64,000 bases of DNA, from NCBI RefSeq assembly GCF_009914755.1, contig NC_060927.1; one strand, 5' to 3'. Shown here piece after piece: positions 14,190-27,340 of the stretch; within the stretch, counting starts at the first letter, position 1; each line of letters starts with the position of its first letter. Under the pieces are notes generated by a model. It did no database searches. It worked only from the letters and a program-made list of their open reading frames with translations, and was not told the origin of the DNA. Made by a program: the position numbers and the translations under genes. The DNA is from the human T2T-CHM13v2.0 reference genome, Homo sapiens.

Positions 14190-16289
14190 CCTGCCTAACA
14201 CAACCTCCTCTGAAGAAGATTTGCACTTGACAGAGGCCATGGACATTTCAATGGGGCTATCTCTTAGCTCTCATTCTTTGACACCCTCCCTAGTTTTGGT
14301 GTATTACTCCCTATATTTGGTGAATACTCATGAGCAACAGTTGACAGATGGGTGCAGTTTTGGTTTGTGGGTGGGTTTCTTCTAAATTCAAGTCTACCAT
14401 GCCAACCTACATATGGCTGTTAACAATTCATAAAATATGTGTCTGATATCTAACATATTTTTTCTTCCCTCTTCTCACTCTAATGGCATATTTCTTCCTC
14501 AGCAGGCCTGTGTCTCTTCTCTTCTATGAAGGACCTGGCACTTCCTGATTAAAACTTTGCTTGGGTCTCATTATTTCTTTAATGCTTTGGTTAGTTTTAA
14601 GAGCTGTAATTTTTGCATCTTACCTGGATTTTTGTTGTTTTTATCATTAAGGTGGGAGTGACAGTTTTTTGTAACTTTCTCATTTAATTAGAAAATGAAC
14701 TCCATTTATTATTATTATTATTAAATTGAAGTGCCTCTATTATGCATGAGATCGCTTGCATAGGTGCAAATGATACCAATAACATAGAAGTCAAACAATT
14801 ACCACTCCCTCTTCTCACTGGAAAATGCTTATAGGAAATTAGATGGTTTTTGTTCTCTGAGTTTAGCAAACTGGGTCTTATAGTACTTCAAACATGAAGG
14901 ATACTGGAGCAGGGCATCACAATGACTCATGCTCTCCTTCTGGTTTCTTGAAATTCAAATTTGGAAACATTTGGCAGAAATATTTTGGTGCTCTGAACTG
15001 GTGGTGGTGTATATAGGGCCCTAATTGTCACTGACTCATTCCACAAAAGATTTTTTTTCCCTTCATTCTATTTCCTACTTCTCTAACTTCTAAGAAATAT
15101 TTTTGTTACTTAGGGAACACTTGTAATTTAATTTATTGCTCTTATTTTAACTTTACAAATTAAGACTTCTTTCATATTCATGGCCACACTTTTTCAGAGA
15201 TTGAACAATGTAATTATGTTACTAATCTTTTTCTTTCCAAACTTCATATATTTACTTATTATAATACTTTCTTTTTAATCAGTGCCGTTATCTGTTTAAT
15301 TACTTTCACTATTACTTGAATACAATCCAGATTATTTACATAAGATTTCTAGTATACTTAGCCAAACATACTCAAGCACAGTTGTGCATGTTTGTATATT
15401 AATATATATACATACCTTTTAACAGTCTTTCTTTATCTACATAAAACTTTCTGTGTTACATTTCTATAATCTAGACTGAAACAGAACAGACAGTTTTGTA
15501 ACTTGTTTCTCCCATTCAACATTCATATACTCCTACATATATTGATAGTCTATTTTTGTTTCTGTTGTGGGAATTGTCATATATATAGACATAACTTCAA
15601 TAGATCATCATGGCAATATGATCAGGTACCTTGCCCTGATTGAATTCTGCCTGGACAAGGATTAAGTAGCAATTTGACACACATTTGTTTTCCTTTGGTG
15701 CATACAGATCTCTCATTCTTGGAATAAAGAATGAGTGTCTTCATTGTATTTTATTTTTATTCTTAACTATTTTCTTGCAAAATCTTCACGGTAATTCCCA
15801 TTTCTAGAATCTCTTTTATTGTTTTTATATTGATGAGTAGTCTTCATATAATGAAAAATAAAATTGCATAGATATAAGGATGAGCTGATTTCTTTTTTTT
15901 TAATATCATGGGTACATTACAGTTTGATTGTACAGTGTTGGATGGGACCCAGTGGACACTCTGCTGCACAGCTGATTTACACTTCTAGGTTAGCTAAGCA
16001 CAGATGGGGTTAGAGATACTGTGTATCATTGCCAAACAAAAGTAAATCATGTATGGAAGTCCTGATTAGGTTAAACTTGAAACAACATGGAGAGACATCC
16101 AAGCTTTTGGAATTGGCTTCTTCAACAAATGCTCCTTTGACATTGAAAATAAGCTATGACACCTAAATTCTAGACCTGGACAATAGAGCCTCCTTCCTTG
16201 GGCCAGCAAGTTAGATATTTCTGTATAGTACAAACATACACAAATATAGAAAACATATACAAAAACAAGATCAAAAAAGGAATACTTCG

Positions 16290-17595
16290 GACACTTGAGA
16301 GCTGCCATTCAGCACTGGCACAACATGACCTATAGTCTTAAACATCTATTTTTGTGGCTGACTCTATTTGGGCCCCAAGGAAAAGCTTCATCTCTTTAGA
16401 CTCATGTTGTAGAAATCATAGAAGACTTTCAAAATATGGTGAAGGTTTGAAGATTATGCCTTCATCAACATGAGAAATTTACACTGCTTTATAACAGAAA
16501 GGCAGAAATGTCTTTTCTTATTGGGAAAAAAAGACACATTAATTGACTCATCAAATGAAGTTCCTTGCAGTTACTATGACTGCCATAGGCTTTGCAGTAT
16601 AATGAAGTATTATTTCTCAGTAGTAATGGCAGTCCTTTATTTTGTTTATTTTCCTATTCTAACTCTTAGTTCTGGAGGTATTAATAAAATAATGTGATAT
16701 TTGCAACAGTTGCATGTAATGGCTAAATAATTTTTACAGTAAGAAATCACTCATATTTACTTTGAAACTTGTATATATGTAGATATAGAGGTAATTTAGG
16801 TGAAGTGTAATACCATTTTTTCACATTGGCAATGAGATGAGCATTGAATGAAAGAATTAAGAATAGTGGTTTCATTAAAAAGTAATGATTTAATTAAATT
16901 TTCAAAATTAAATATGAATATTAGATGTTAAGATGAATTTTAATATTCATTAATTTTAATATATATTTTTATTATTTTGATAGTTGACTTAGAATGTTTT
17001 ATAAAAAATAGCTGGTTTAGGAAACATGAAAATAATTTTAATTTAAAAATTTGACAAATAACATTTGATAAAATATAATCAATTTTTTATACTTTTGAAA
17101 ATACATTGTTTTTAATTATTTAATTCATTCCCATTAATAGAACAAAAACCATGTTATGCCACAATTATAATGATAAAAATCAGTGTTTCTCTTGAAGTGA
17201 AATTCAAAAAAATTATGTAATAATATGTAGTAACTTATGAATTATATTTATCTGTATTTGAGTATACATCAAAACATTACCAGCTAACCAGGGAACATTA
17301 ACACATGTAGTAATAATTAAATGTAGTCATTGTCAACATTTTTTTCAACTTACAGTTGTATAAAAACCATAGCTGTACACATATTTTTAAGTTTTGTTAT
17401 TATGTAAAGGTAGATTTTTTGAGTTAGAAGGCTAAACATCATTTATTTAATAATTTAGCTGATTTTAGATTTAAAATATTTAGATGTTTAATGGTTAAAT
17501 ATTTAATGTAAAATTGTAAATATTTAATTATAGTATATGAGCCTCATTTGGTCTCTAGTCCTGTCCTGTAAACATTAGGAGTCTTCCTCCTGTTT
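16290..17595. mobile_element. Possible ancient hAT-Tip100 (Zaphod/Arthur-like) remnant
   Basis: Very AT-rich body ending GCCTCATTTGGTCTCTAGTCCTGTCCTGTAAACATTAGG, resembling recalled Tip100-type termini. Confidence 0.35.
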
Positions 17596-17949
17596 CCAAA
17601 GTATTAAATATGAACTGGTTATTTTATTTATAGAGTCATTACTAATTTCCTGTGGTATGATAATAGTATTACACAGCAAATATCTATATGTTGTAGATAT
17701 ACTTATGTAATTATTTAATAGGTGAAATATGTTCAAAATTTGCTTTAAAATATAACCAAATTAATAATGTTTTTGTTTTTATTATCTTCATGGAACACTT
17801 TGAGAAGTAAAGGGGTAGATACATGCTCCATTTGTAAATTAGGGTTTGACAAAGAAGTCCATTATTCCATTTAGTCAATAATTTTGTTCTCATCTTTGCC
17901 TGAAAATATATTTTGAAAGCTCTTTAAAAAGTTCTAGAAGCATTAGAAC

Positions 17950-18165
17950 ACATCTGATCTGAATTTCAATTTTACATTTTTACTATTTTTTTTAGTTTGA
18001 TCATCTTTAGCCATCTGAAATCTCAATTTTCTCATTTTAAAACCTACAGTAATACTATCAATACTGATCTCAATGAACTATAGTGAGAATTAAACAAAAT
18101 AGTATATTTTACTTAACACAATGCTTGACACAGAACAAGCACACAATAAGATGATAGCTACTTAA
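17950..18165 (+). mobile_element. MIR
   Basis: TCTCAATTTTCTCATTTTAAAA...GTGAGAATTAAA...CTTAACACAATGCTTGACACAGAACAAGCAC. Confidence 0.6.
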
Positions 18166-18501
18166 AAGCATCACCCAGCACTAGTTTTGGGTAATAAGAA
18201 GATTATTTAAATATGAAAGTGGTTGCTTTCCTTTATTTATGGAAATAGATTTTATGGTAATATTTAATAAAACATTTATTTTTGCCAAGGACAGTCAGTT
18301 AATTGTAGCTTTAGTTAAAAGTTCATCGTTTCTTTCTATTTACTACGAGTTTCCAAAAGGAAAGTGAGCATTTCTGCCTGGGAGATGGTAAGGCTGAGAA
18401 ATGCTGGAATTCTTGCATTGGATGTTTGTGGTTGAGAACAGATCATTGTCTCTTTGTGCCAGGGTAGTAGGTAGTGGAAAAGGGGGGGTAAAGATGAATG
18501 A

Positions 18502-19127
18502 TACTATAGTTTAAACATCTCCTCCAAAATACATGTTGAAATTTAATTGCCTATGTAATGGTATGGGGAGGTGTGGATTTTAAGAGGTGATTAGATCTTG
18601 TGCATTCTATTATTATTACTGTTTTATTTTTCACGTTTTACTTTGAATTATAAACTTTCATTCGCAAACTCTTGTCAATGATGTCTTCTGCTTCCATGCC
18701 TACCTGGCTTACTTCTGCCAATCTGTCTAGATACAATTCAATGTTTTGTTAAAACAACATTTGCCAAAGGTTTCCTTTTGCCTTTTCCTCTAGCATGGAA
18801 ATGAACTTGCATTTGCTGCATACATAGCCAATGATTATCCAAAGCAAAATGCCTAATTTTTGCATTAGAATTAATGCTGTTATGGGAGTGGGTTAGTTGA
18901 TGTGGGTGTGGCCTCTTGGCAAAGGATAAGTTTGGCCTCATATTTCTCTCTGTCTCACCTGCTCACTTCTCCCTTCCACTGTTCTGCCACAGGATGACCC
19001 TCACCAGTTGCTGGTGATATGCTCTTGGACTTCCCAGCCTCCAGAGCAATGAGCTAAATAAACTTCTGTTTGTTTTTTTTTAATAAATTACTTATTCTGT
19101 TATAGCAGCAGAAAATTGACCAAGATA
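18502..19127 (+). mobile_element. MSTD/MLT1A-like solo LTR interrupted by a ~254-bp foreign insert
   Basis: TACTATAGTTT...CATGTTGAAATTTAATTGCC...AAGAGGTGATTAG, resuming at ATTAATGCTGTTATGGGAGTGGGTTAG...GGACTTCCCAGCCTCCAG...TTATAGCAGCAGAAAATTGACCAAGATA. Confidence 0.8.
18597..18850 (-). repeat. Inverted repeat arm 1 (copy of 20304-20555)
   Basis: Reverse complement aligns end to end with 20304-20555 at roughly 85-88% by eye; the ORF track shows matching peptides (FALD.HWL.M.Q.QVHFHARGKGK) on opposite strands. Confidence 0.95.
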
Positions 19128-20303
19128 GATGGGAAGAGAAAGAGAGAAAAGAAGAAGAGACAAGGATAATAGAAAATATAAAGCAAATGCTGGAGCTTTT
19201 TACTTTAAAAAGTCAAAAAATAAGGGGAAATGTTCTAATTTTTAAAATAATAAAAGTCTTCAAACTATACAATGTGAGTCGTTTTTAGCATTTGAGATAG
19301 AAATGGAAGATACACAAAACACACAGGAGAAAGCTGAAGGTCAGGGAGAATTAGAAGACAATTGTAAAAATTAACAGTGATGATTTTGCTGCCCATGGTC
19401 TGGAAATGTCCTTCATGGTACCACTGAGAGTCAGAGATGGTAGATTTTATATAAATTAATTAACAGACCAACTGATAAGTTGATAGCTCTCATGATTCTT
19501 TTGGTTGCATGATATAATATTAAATGAACACAAAAAGTAATCCAAATACTCTTAGAAAAATTACAGTGGGTTAGGTCGCTCATTTTGAATGTCCACTGGG
19601 TGAGACTTCTGGATCTTCTTACATATGACACTGTATTGTCAGCTAGTGTTAGGGACTTCAGAACTTTGGGATGACTAAAATAATACTCAAATATGTTCAG
19701 CATAGTCTAAAGTCTTAATATTATGTGGGCTGTGTCCTCTTTGTCTCTCTGACTTAAAACCTTGCGGTTACTTTTAGCACCATTCTTTCCACTTTATATT
19801 CTAATACACATAAGGTTCTTTCATCATACCTATTTCTCCTTTGCAATTTCCCAAGAAAACTCTAGCCTATTTATTCTTATGCTGACAGTTTTTTCCAGTC
19901 CCAAATTCCATATGACATAGGAGAAGCAGGAAATGCTACCAAAGCAAGAAAACAACAAAAAATATGTTACTGTGCAGACCAAATGCCCATGAGAGAGAGT
20001 GAATTCTATTGTAAGGTTCCATTGTATATATTCTGAGGGTGAGCAAGTAGAGACAGGGTTGAAATCTTGTTTAAAGCAGACCTTCTATAGCAGGTTTGCA
20101 GGTTAACAAGTAGGAGAAGATAGGTCTTAAGTAAGTAATAAGTGGCTCTTCCCTCTGGGAATAGGAGCTGCAAAGAGGCAATTCCCATAACAATTTATAG
20201 GGAGAAATATATCAAAGGAGCTAAAGAATTACCCCTGAGAGCCATTAAATTTGAGCATGATGGCATCTGTTCCTGTGATGTATAGCTTATGTGTTACGCA
20301 TGT

Positions 20304-20555
20304 ATTTTTGCTTTGGATGATCATTGGCTAGGTATGCTGCAAGTGCAAGTTCATTTCCATGCTAGAGGAAAAGGCAAAAAGAAATCTTTGGTAAATATTC
20401 TTTTATTGAAACAGTTGTTCCTAGACAGGTTGGCAGAAGCAAGCCATGTAGGCATGGGAGCAGAAGAAATCATTGACAAGAGTTTGTGAATGAAAGTTTG
20501 TAACTCAAAGTAAAAAGTAAAAAAAGAAAACAGTAACAACAATAGAATGCACAAG
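20304..20555 (+). repeat. Inverted repeat arm 2 (probable donor)
   Basis: Shares TGCAAGTTCATTTCCATGCTAGAGGAAAAGGCAAAA, ATCATTGACAAGAGTTTG and AATAGAATGCACAAG with the reverse complement of 18597-18850. Confidence 0.95.
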
Positions 20556-21594
20556 CAGGAAACTTATCCACCATGGGAATTTTAGCCTAGTTATAGGATT
20601 TTCTCATTGGAGTATGTGGAGACTGAAGAATCTGTGTCCTTTTCTCCTTAATTCACAAAAGGAGACCCAAGGCTTCACCAGATGGGAAGAATTTTGTTAA
20701 TACCCTGGAAAGAAAAGACTTTCCATGACAACTCTTCTGTGATGGGCTAAAAGGTAGCAGCAGGTGGGCCTGACATGGCTGTGAGGCTTTTCATTTCATG
20801 TCTAGCAGAGGGAAAACCAGTATTCTCTTCTTTACATCATTTCTTATAACTGCCTTCAGCAGATACGTAAAACATCTAATCGGATATGGCCTGTATTCTA
20901 GCTTAGATTATTTTTCCAGTTTTACTTTTCTTTCACGAACTTTGAATTTTCTCATTCATCAGTGCACATTTCACCAACTCCTGATTCATCAGTTCTTGAA
21001 CTACTTAGATTAACATCTTGAACTTTGACATTTCACTTTATATTATTTGTGTTAGGTCACCCATCTTCAGACAGTAGGCTGCGTAGCCATGTAAGAGGCT
21101 GCCTCTGGTCACTGACCCTTAGTTCTCTGAGCTGCTAGCATGGGCACAAGGTCATGAAATTCTGGGCAAAACCCTGTTCCATGGGACACTGCTGGCTGGA
21201 TCCACAGTGCCACTCAGCTTCCTCTCATCTGATATTGAGAAGTAATATAGAAGTAAAAACAGAAACTCACCATGAGTAAATCCTATTACAGAGGCACAAA
21301 CTAAGTGCTATGGGAATCCAATGAATAAGGCAAATAAATTGGTTTATTTTTATTAAGCCCTCTGAAAAATCTCTCATCATATCCAATGAGCAAGATGGGG
21401 AAAAATGGGTGAAAAGAAGTAAAGTGCTTTTATATCTAGTGGACAGCTATGCTCAAAGTGACCAAAGTATGTTGATCAATGAAGTGATTAATGGAGTGAA
21501 ATTCTGAATCATGAGATTTAGTAACAAGCAAAGTAAAATAAAACAAGTGGTGGATTTGACAATGACTCATACTTAGGAAAACAAGAGCAGCAGT

Positions 21595-22215
21595 AGCAGT
21601 TACCATTTATCTGATGCTTAAACTGTACTGGAGCTTTGCATATATTATCTCAGTTAATCCTATCAAGAATCTGTGAGCTAGTGTATTCTTATTTTACAGG
21701 TTCAGGAAAGTGAAATCACCCAGGCTTGCATAGTTAGGGTGACAGAGCCAGGATTTTAATGAAGGTTGGTTCACGTGGAGAGCTCCATTACTTTCATTAA
21801 CTCATTTCATTCTCACAACAACTGAATGAATTAGAGTCTGTCATTATCTGCTTTTTACAAATAAGAAAATTGAGGCAGAGTTTGACTCATCATGAAAATA
21901 TACTGTTAGTCATAATAATAAGGGATAAATATTTGGTCCAATCTAATAGTAAAAGCTTAGCTAGAATAGAAATTAAGGCTTCAAAAAACACACTTGATTC
22001 ATTATTTTGTGGATCAGGAAAGAGAAGTCCTGGGTTGTAGTCCTGGTTTATCATTTATTAGATCTATGCCCTTGGGCAAGTATGTTAAACTCTGTACCTC
22101 AATTTCCTTGTCTATAAAGTGTGGAAAATAATACCAGCTTCCATACCTCATAAAGCTTTGGAAGGAGAAAATGCGACAAGGTGTGTGAAATTGATTTGAA
22201 ATCGTGAATGTTATG
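21595..22215. mobile_element. Cluster of three MIR fragments (two minus, one plus)
   Basis: ATTATCTCAGTTAATCCT...ATTTTACAG; TTTTACAAATAAGAAAATTGAGGCAGAG; CCTTGGGCAAGTATGTTAAACTCTGTACCTCAATTTCCTTGTCTATAAAGTG. Confidence 0.65.
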
Positions 22216-23169
22216 CAAATCTGTGCTTTTGTTTTGTTATTATTTTGAAGACAACTGGTAGAAAGATACTCAATATCCTGAAAATGGTGCAATAAAAGGG
22301 TGTTTTTATGCTTATATGAATTAAAATTATCCAGAAATATGGTTTTAAAGATCAAAGGAGATAGAAGTTTGCCTTTGCAATGAAAATGAAAATTAAACAC
22401 ACTTAAAAGCCAAACATAATAAGATAACATATGGGGCTGAAGTTTAGTTGTCCCCTGAAAATTCCTAGGGCTTTTTACTCTTTCAATTAAAGAAAAGAAT
22501 GAAAATAAAGCTTGTAAACAAGGCAACCTGCGGGTAGTCAAAGCGCAAATGAATCTCTCACTAGACAATTTACAAGTAAATTTTTAAGAGTATATTCTTT
22601 TGAGTCTCAGAAATGAGTATAAATCAGTTTGTTAACAGAATTACACACCCACTTACCCACACTATTGTCAGGACACAATACTCCTAAAGGAAAATAATTA
22701 CAATTAATAGTTAGTCTTCTTTAGAATCAAAGAAAATCTAATAAAAAAGAAGTAATATAAAAACTAATTCCAATGGCAGATTTTTAAAAATTAATAATTT
22801 GAAATAAAAATTGAATTACAATTTTGTGGGGTTTTTTCCTCTTAAAATGTAGGGTTTTCCATTAGGTTTAATAATTATATTTCCAAGTTACTGAGAAGAA
22901 AACTGACCTTTCTTTTTTTTTCTGTTTGCTTTAATCTTTGTACCCATCACAGAGAATGACCAAGCTTTAATTCTTAGAATTTACATGATACAGTCTTGTG
23001 GATGTTTTTGTCTTTAGAGGTTTTTATAATTAGACCTTTCACTCTGATAAAGAAATTTTCAATATTGAGTAGCAAAGAGAAGTTCTGGTGTATTTATAGC
23101 TAATACTAAGGAATAGAAACCTATGCAGCATTGATTACATGTGCCATCTTCTGAAGCTGTGACCCATGT

Positions 23170-23420
23170 GGGTCAATCTCAGAGTTATTTTTCTTTCAGA
23201 GATGCTAATCTAAACAAAGGTTTCATTGTTTCTTCATTTCTCTACAAAAATATAAGAAATGGAGTCATATTTTACAGAAAGCTTATACAAGTTTCAGGTT
23301 GTCTCCAATTCTCTAAAACTTTAAATCTTTAAGGTACTTACAGAACTGTTATGAGGAATAAGTAAGATTGATTGAGCTGGCTCATGGTAAGCACCTAATA
23401 AATATCAGCTATGTTTGGTG
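23170..23420 (+). mobile_element. MIR fragment(s)
   Basis: TCAGGTTGTCTCCAATTCTCTAAAA...ACTTACAGAACTGTTATGAGGAATAAG...GGCTCATGGTAAGCACCTAATAAATATCAGCTAT. Confidence 0.5.
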
Positions 23421-24169
23421 TTAGCTTAGACGATTCTTTCCCTCATCCATGACTTTCTGTGTCCTCCATTTCTCTCCTTCCCTGTCCCTAAATACAAAAT
23501 GCCCCTCCAACTTAATTATGCTTAAGCCAGTTTGTCCTCATCATCCATCACTGCTCATTGAAGAATATTGTTCCGGTATACTCCCACTGTGTTTTCTTTC
23601 TTATACAATCTACCAGCAAAGCTATCACCTTTCCATGTCTTAACATTTTCTTCCAATTCTGCAGTGCTGAAATCCAAAAAAGGAACCTGGCAATTGCAGA
23701 AAAGTTCTTAGAGAGCTGGGAAGATCCAAGAATGGGCAGGTAAACCCAGGATCCTCTTTGGCAAACAAAGGAAAAGACAGAACACTCATATTTTGCATAT
23801 ACACAGGATTAGAAAGAGGAAGTTAATTTTTTCCTACTCAAGGGGGATAGGGCAGGACACTGACATTTATGAAATGCATTTTAAATGTCAGCTGCTTAAT
23901 CCTCTGATAACCAAGTGAGGCTGATATTATTGTCATCATCCTTATGTTATAGATAAGGGATTCACATAACAATAAATTGTGAATCTGGGTTGTAGCTAGA
24001 AACCTTGGTTCTAAATACCCTACTAATACCCATTAAATCTGCTAATTTCCCCAGTGAAGTATGATGATTCTCCACAAAGCATAGGTAAAGGAAGTTTGAG
24101 TTCAATTGTGAGCTTTCTTTCACCAACAAGCATTAAAAAACGTTATTGATTCAATGCAAAGTGGTCTAT

Positions 24170-24430
24170 TTTTTTTAAAAGTATTGAGTGGCAACTATGC
24201 ACCAAATATTCTTCTAGGTACTATAGATACAGTGATTTATAAAGTCAGCACAAGTTTACATCCTAATAGGGAGGGCAACTAAGGAAGGAAGGGAGGGTAA
24301 AAGAAAGAGAGAGAGGAGGGAAGAAAGGGAGAGAGGAAATGATAAGAGCTGTAATAGATTCAGATTTACTATAGATAGAAAACCTCCCTGACAAGGAGAA
24401 GTTTGGATTTTATTTCAAAAGTGATAGATG
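24170..24430 (-). mobile_element. L2 3' fragment
   Basis: TATTGAGTGGCAACTATGCACCAAATATTCTTCTAGGTACTATAGATACAGTG. Confidence 0.55.
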
Positions 24431-24474
24431 AATCCTTATTTTTTTTATTTTCCCAAAACATGTAGGTTCTCAAC

Positions 24475-25982
24475 TGATATGGTTTGGCTGTGTCCCCATC
24501 CAAATCTCATCTTGAATTCCCACATGCTGTGGGAGGGACCCGGTGGGAGATGGTTGAATCATGGGGGCAGGTCTTTCCCGTGCTGTTCTTGTGATGGTAG
24601 ATGAGTCACATGAGATCCGATGGTTTTGAAAATGAGAGTTTCCCTGCACAAGCTCTCTTTCTTTTGCCTGCTGCCATTCATGTAAGATGCGAATTGCTTC
24701 TCCTTGTCTTCCACCATGATTGTGAGGCCTCCCCTTCCATGGGAAACTGTAAGTCCATGAAACCTTTTTCTTTTATGAATTGTCTAGTTTTGGGTATGTC
24801 TTTATCAGCAGCATGAAAACAGACTAATATAGTAAACTGGTACTAGGAGTGGGGTGCTCCTGAAAAGATACTCGAAAATATAGAAGCAACTTTGGAACTG
24901 AGTAACAGGCCAAGGTTGGAACAATTTGGAGGGCTCAGAAGACAGGAAAATGTGGGAAAGTTTGGAACTCCCTACAGACTTTTTGAATGGCTTTGACCAA
25001 AATGCTGATAATGATATGGACAATGAAATCCAGGCTGAGATGGTCTCAGATGGAGATAAGGAACTTGTTGGGAAGTGGAGTAAAAGTGACTCTTGCTATG
25101 TTTTAGCAAAGAGACGGGCAGATTTTGTCCCTGCTCTAGAGATTTGTGGAACTTTGAACTTGAGAGAGATGATTTAGGGTATCTTGTGGAAGGAAATTTC
25201 TAAGCAGCAAAGCATTCAACAAGCCACTTGGGTGCTGTTAAAGGTATTCCGTTTTATAAAGGAAGCAAAGCGTAAATATTTGGAAAATTTGCAGTCTGAC
25301 AGTGCGATAGAAAAGAAAATCCCATTTTCTGTGGAGAAATTCAAGCCAGCTGCAGAAATTTGCATAAGTAATAAGGAGCCAAATGTTAATCCCCAAGACA
25401 ATAGGGAAAATGTCTCCAGAGCACGTCAGAGGTCTTCACAGCAGCCCCTCCCATCACAGGTCCAGAGGCCTAGGAGGAAAAAGTGGTTTTGTGGGATGGG
25501 CCCAGGTTCTCCATACTGTGTGCAGTCTAGGGACTTAGTGCCCTCTGTCCCAGCCACTTCATCTGTGGCTGAAAGGAGCCAATGTAGAGCTCAGGCCATG
25601 GCTTCAGAGTGTGCAAGCCCCAAGTCTTGGCAGCTTTCATGTGGTGTTGAGCCTGTGAGTGCACAAAAGTCAAGAAATGGGGTTTGGGAACCACCACCTA
25701 GATTTCAGAAGATGTGTGGAAATGCCTGGATACTCAAGCAGAAGTTTGCTGCGGGTTTGCGGTCCTCATGGAGAACCTCTGCTAGGGCAGTGCAGAAGGG
25801 CAATGTGGGCTTGGAGCCCCCACACAGAGTCCTTACTGGGGCACTGCCTAGTAGAGCTGTGAGAAGAGAGCCACCATCCTCCAGACCCCAGAATGGTAGA
25901 TCCACCGATGACTTGCACTATACACCTGGAAAGGCCAGGCACTCAACGCCAGCCCATGAAAGCAGCTGGGAGGGAGGCTGTA
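24475..25982 (+). mobile_element. THE1 (C-like) 5' LTR (24475-24831) plus truncated internal region; no 3' LTR
   Basis: TGATATGGTTTGGCTGTGTCCCC...AGACTAATATA, then internal sequence homologous to 12329-13490, ending abruptly. Confidence 0.9.
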
Positions 25983-25983
25983 T

Positions 25984-26385
25984 ATTATATTTGTGTGTGC
26001 CTGTGAGGGTATTTATGGATGATACTAACACTTAGACTGGTAGATTGAGTAAAGCAGATTTCCCTACCCAGTGGCAATATCCCCAGTGAGACTGGGCCTC
26101 ATATAATCTATTGAAGTTCTGAATGAAATAACAATTTGAGTAAGAAAAAATACATTCTTTCTTCACATCTCAAAGCTGGAATATCAGTCTTCTGCCTTTG
26201 TACTTGGACATGGTCTGGAACTTACATCTTTGGTTCTCCTGGTTTTCAGGTCTTCAAACTTGAACTTATATCACTGTCTTCAGGTCTTTCAACTCAGACT
26301 GGAATTATGTAATCAGATCTCCTGGGTCTTTGACTTGCCAACTGAAGACCCTGGACTTCTCAGCCACCATAATTGCATAAGCCAC
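25984..26385 (+). mobile_element. MLT2 (ERVL) LTR central fragment
   Basis: GTGCCTGTGAGGGTATTTATGGATGA...TGAGTAAAGCAGATT...CTCCTGGGTCT...GGACTTCTCAGCCACCATAATTGCATAAGCCA. Confidence 0.8.
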
Positions 26386-26943
26386 TTTAGGGAAACCAGT
26401 TGAGAGAACTTCTAGTTGTTGGGTGAAGCATCCTGAGGGGCCACACTGAAGAAACTCCAGTTGTGAACATTGCCCATTGTTCAGCTTCAGTTTGTAGGAC
26501 TTTATAGATACAAGACAACCAAAAATCTCTAAAAAGATCTTGGCATCCAGGTTTTAGTTGCCTGTGACTCCAAGTCATGAGAGTGGAGGAAAAATTGGGA
26601 ATGTTAGTTTGGAGAGTTGTGGCAAGATATTAGAAGAAACTAAAAGAATTGAAAATTTGGTAAGGACTGACAAATGTGCAAGATGGCAGAATCCAGGCCA
26701 GTTTATAGATAGATAACAAAAACCTCAAAGACAGTGAACATAGCTAGTATCTAATAACTCCTTTAGGTATGTTATAGTGTGCAATTAAAGCGTAACTTTT
26801 CTCTCTACAATCACTGCACTTTTGATTCTTGTTTACAAGATAAGTCTGGCCTCATTAGTTTTGGCCTGATTATTTACATAAGTGTGCAAGAATAGTAATT
26901 GATTATGTAGACTTTTAAAAAATTTGCTTTGCTGGAATCTTTG

Positions 26944-27340
26944 TGTTTTATTTCATTCTCACATTGCTATAAATAAATACCTGAGACTGGGTAATTTATG
27001 AAGAGAAGAGGTTTAATTGACTCACAGTTCTACGGGCTGTACAGGAAACATGCTTTGGGAGGCCTTGGGAAACTTATAATCATGGCAGAAGGGCCATAGG
27101 GAAGCAAGCATGTCTTGCCGGGGCAGCAGGAGAGAGAGAATGAAGGAGGAAAAGCTACACACTTTTAAACAACCAGATCTCATAAGAACTATTATCATGA
27201 GAGAGCACTAGAGGAATGGTGCTAAACCACTAGAAACCACCCACATGATCCAATCACCTCCCACCAGGCCCCACCTCCAACACTAGAGGATTACAATTCA
27301 GTGTGAGATTTGGGTGGAGACACAGAGTCAAACCATATCA
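26944..27340 (-). mobile_element. MSTA/THE1D-like solo LTR
   Basis: ...TACCTGAGACTGGGTAATTTATG...CATGATCCAATCACCTCCCACCAGGCCCC...AAACCATATCA. Confidence 0.9.

Noticed and set aside
20289-20489. 66-aa ORF with a homologous peptide on the opposite strand as a small gene family
   Set aside because: Explained by the DNA-level inverted duplication; the frame is broken by an indel in the other copy and no family was recognised
22014-22568. 184-aa minus-strand ORF
   Set aside because: Non-ATG start, C-terminal part is antisense MIR, no recognisable domain
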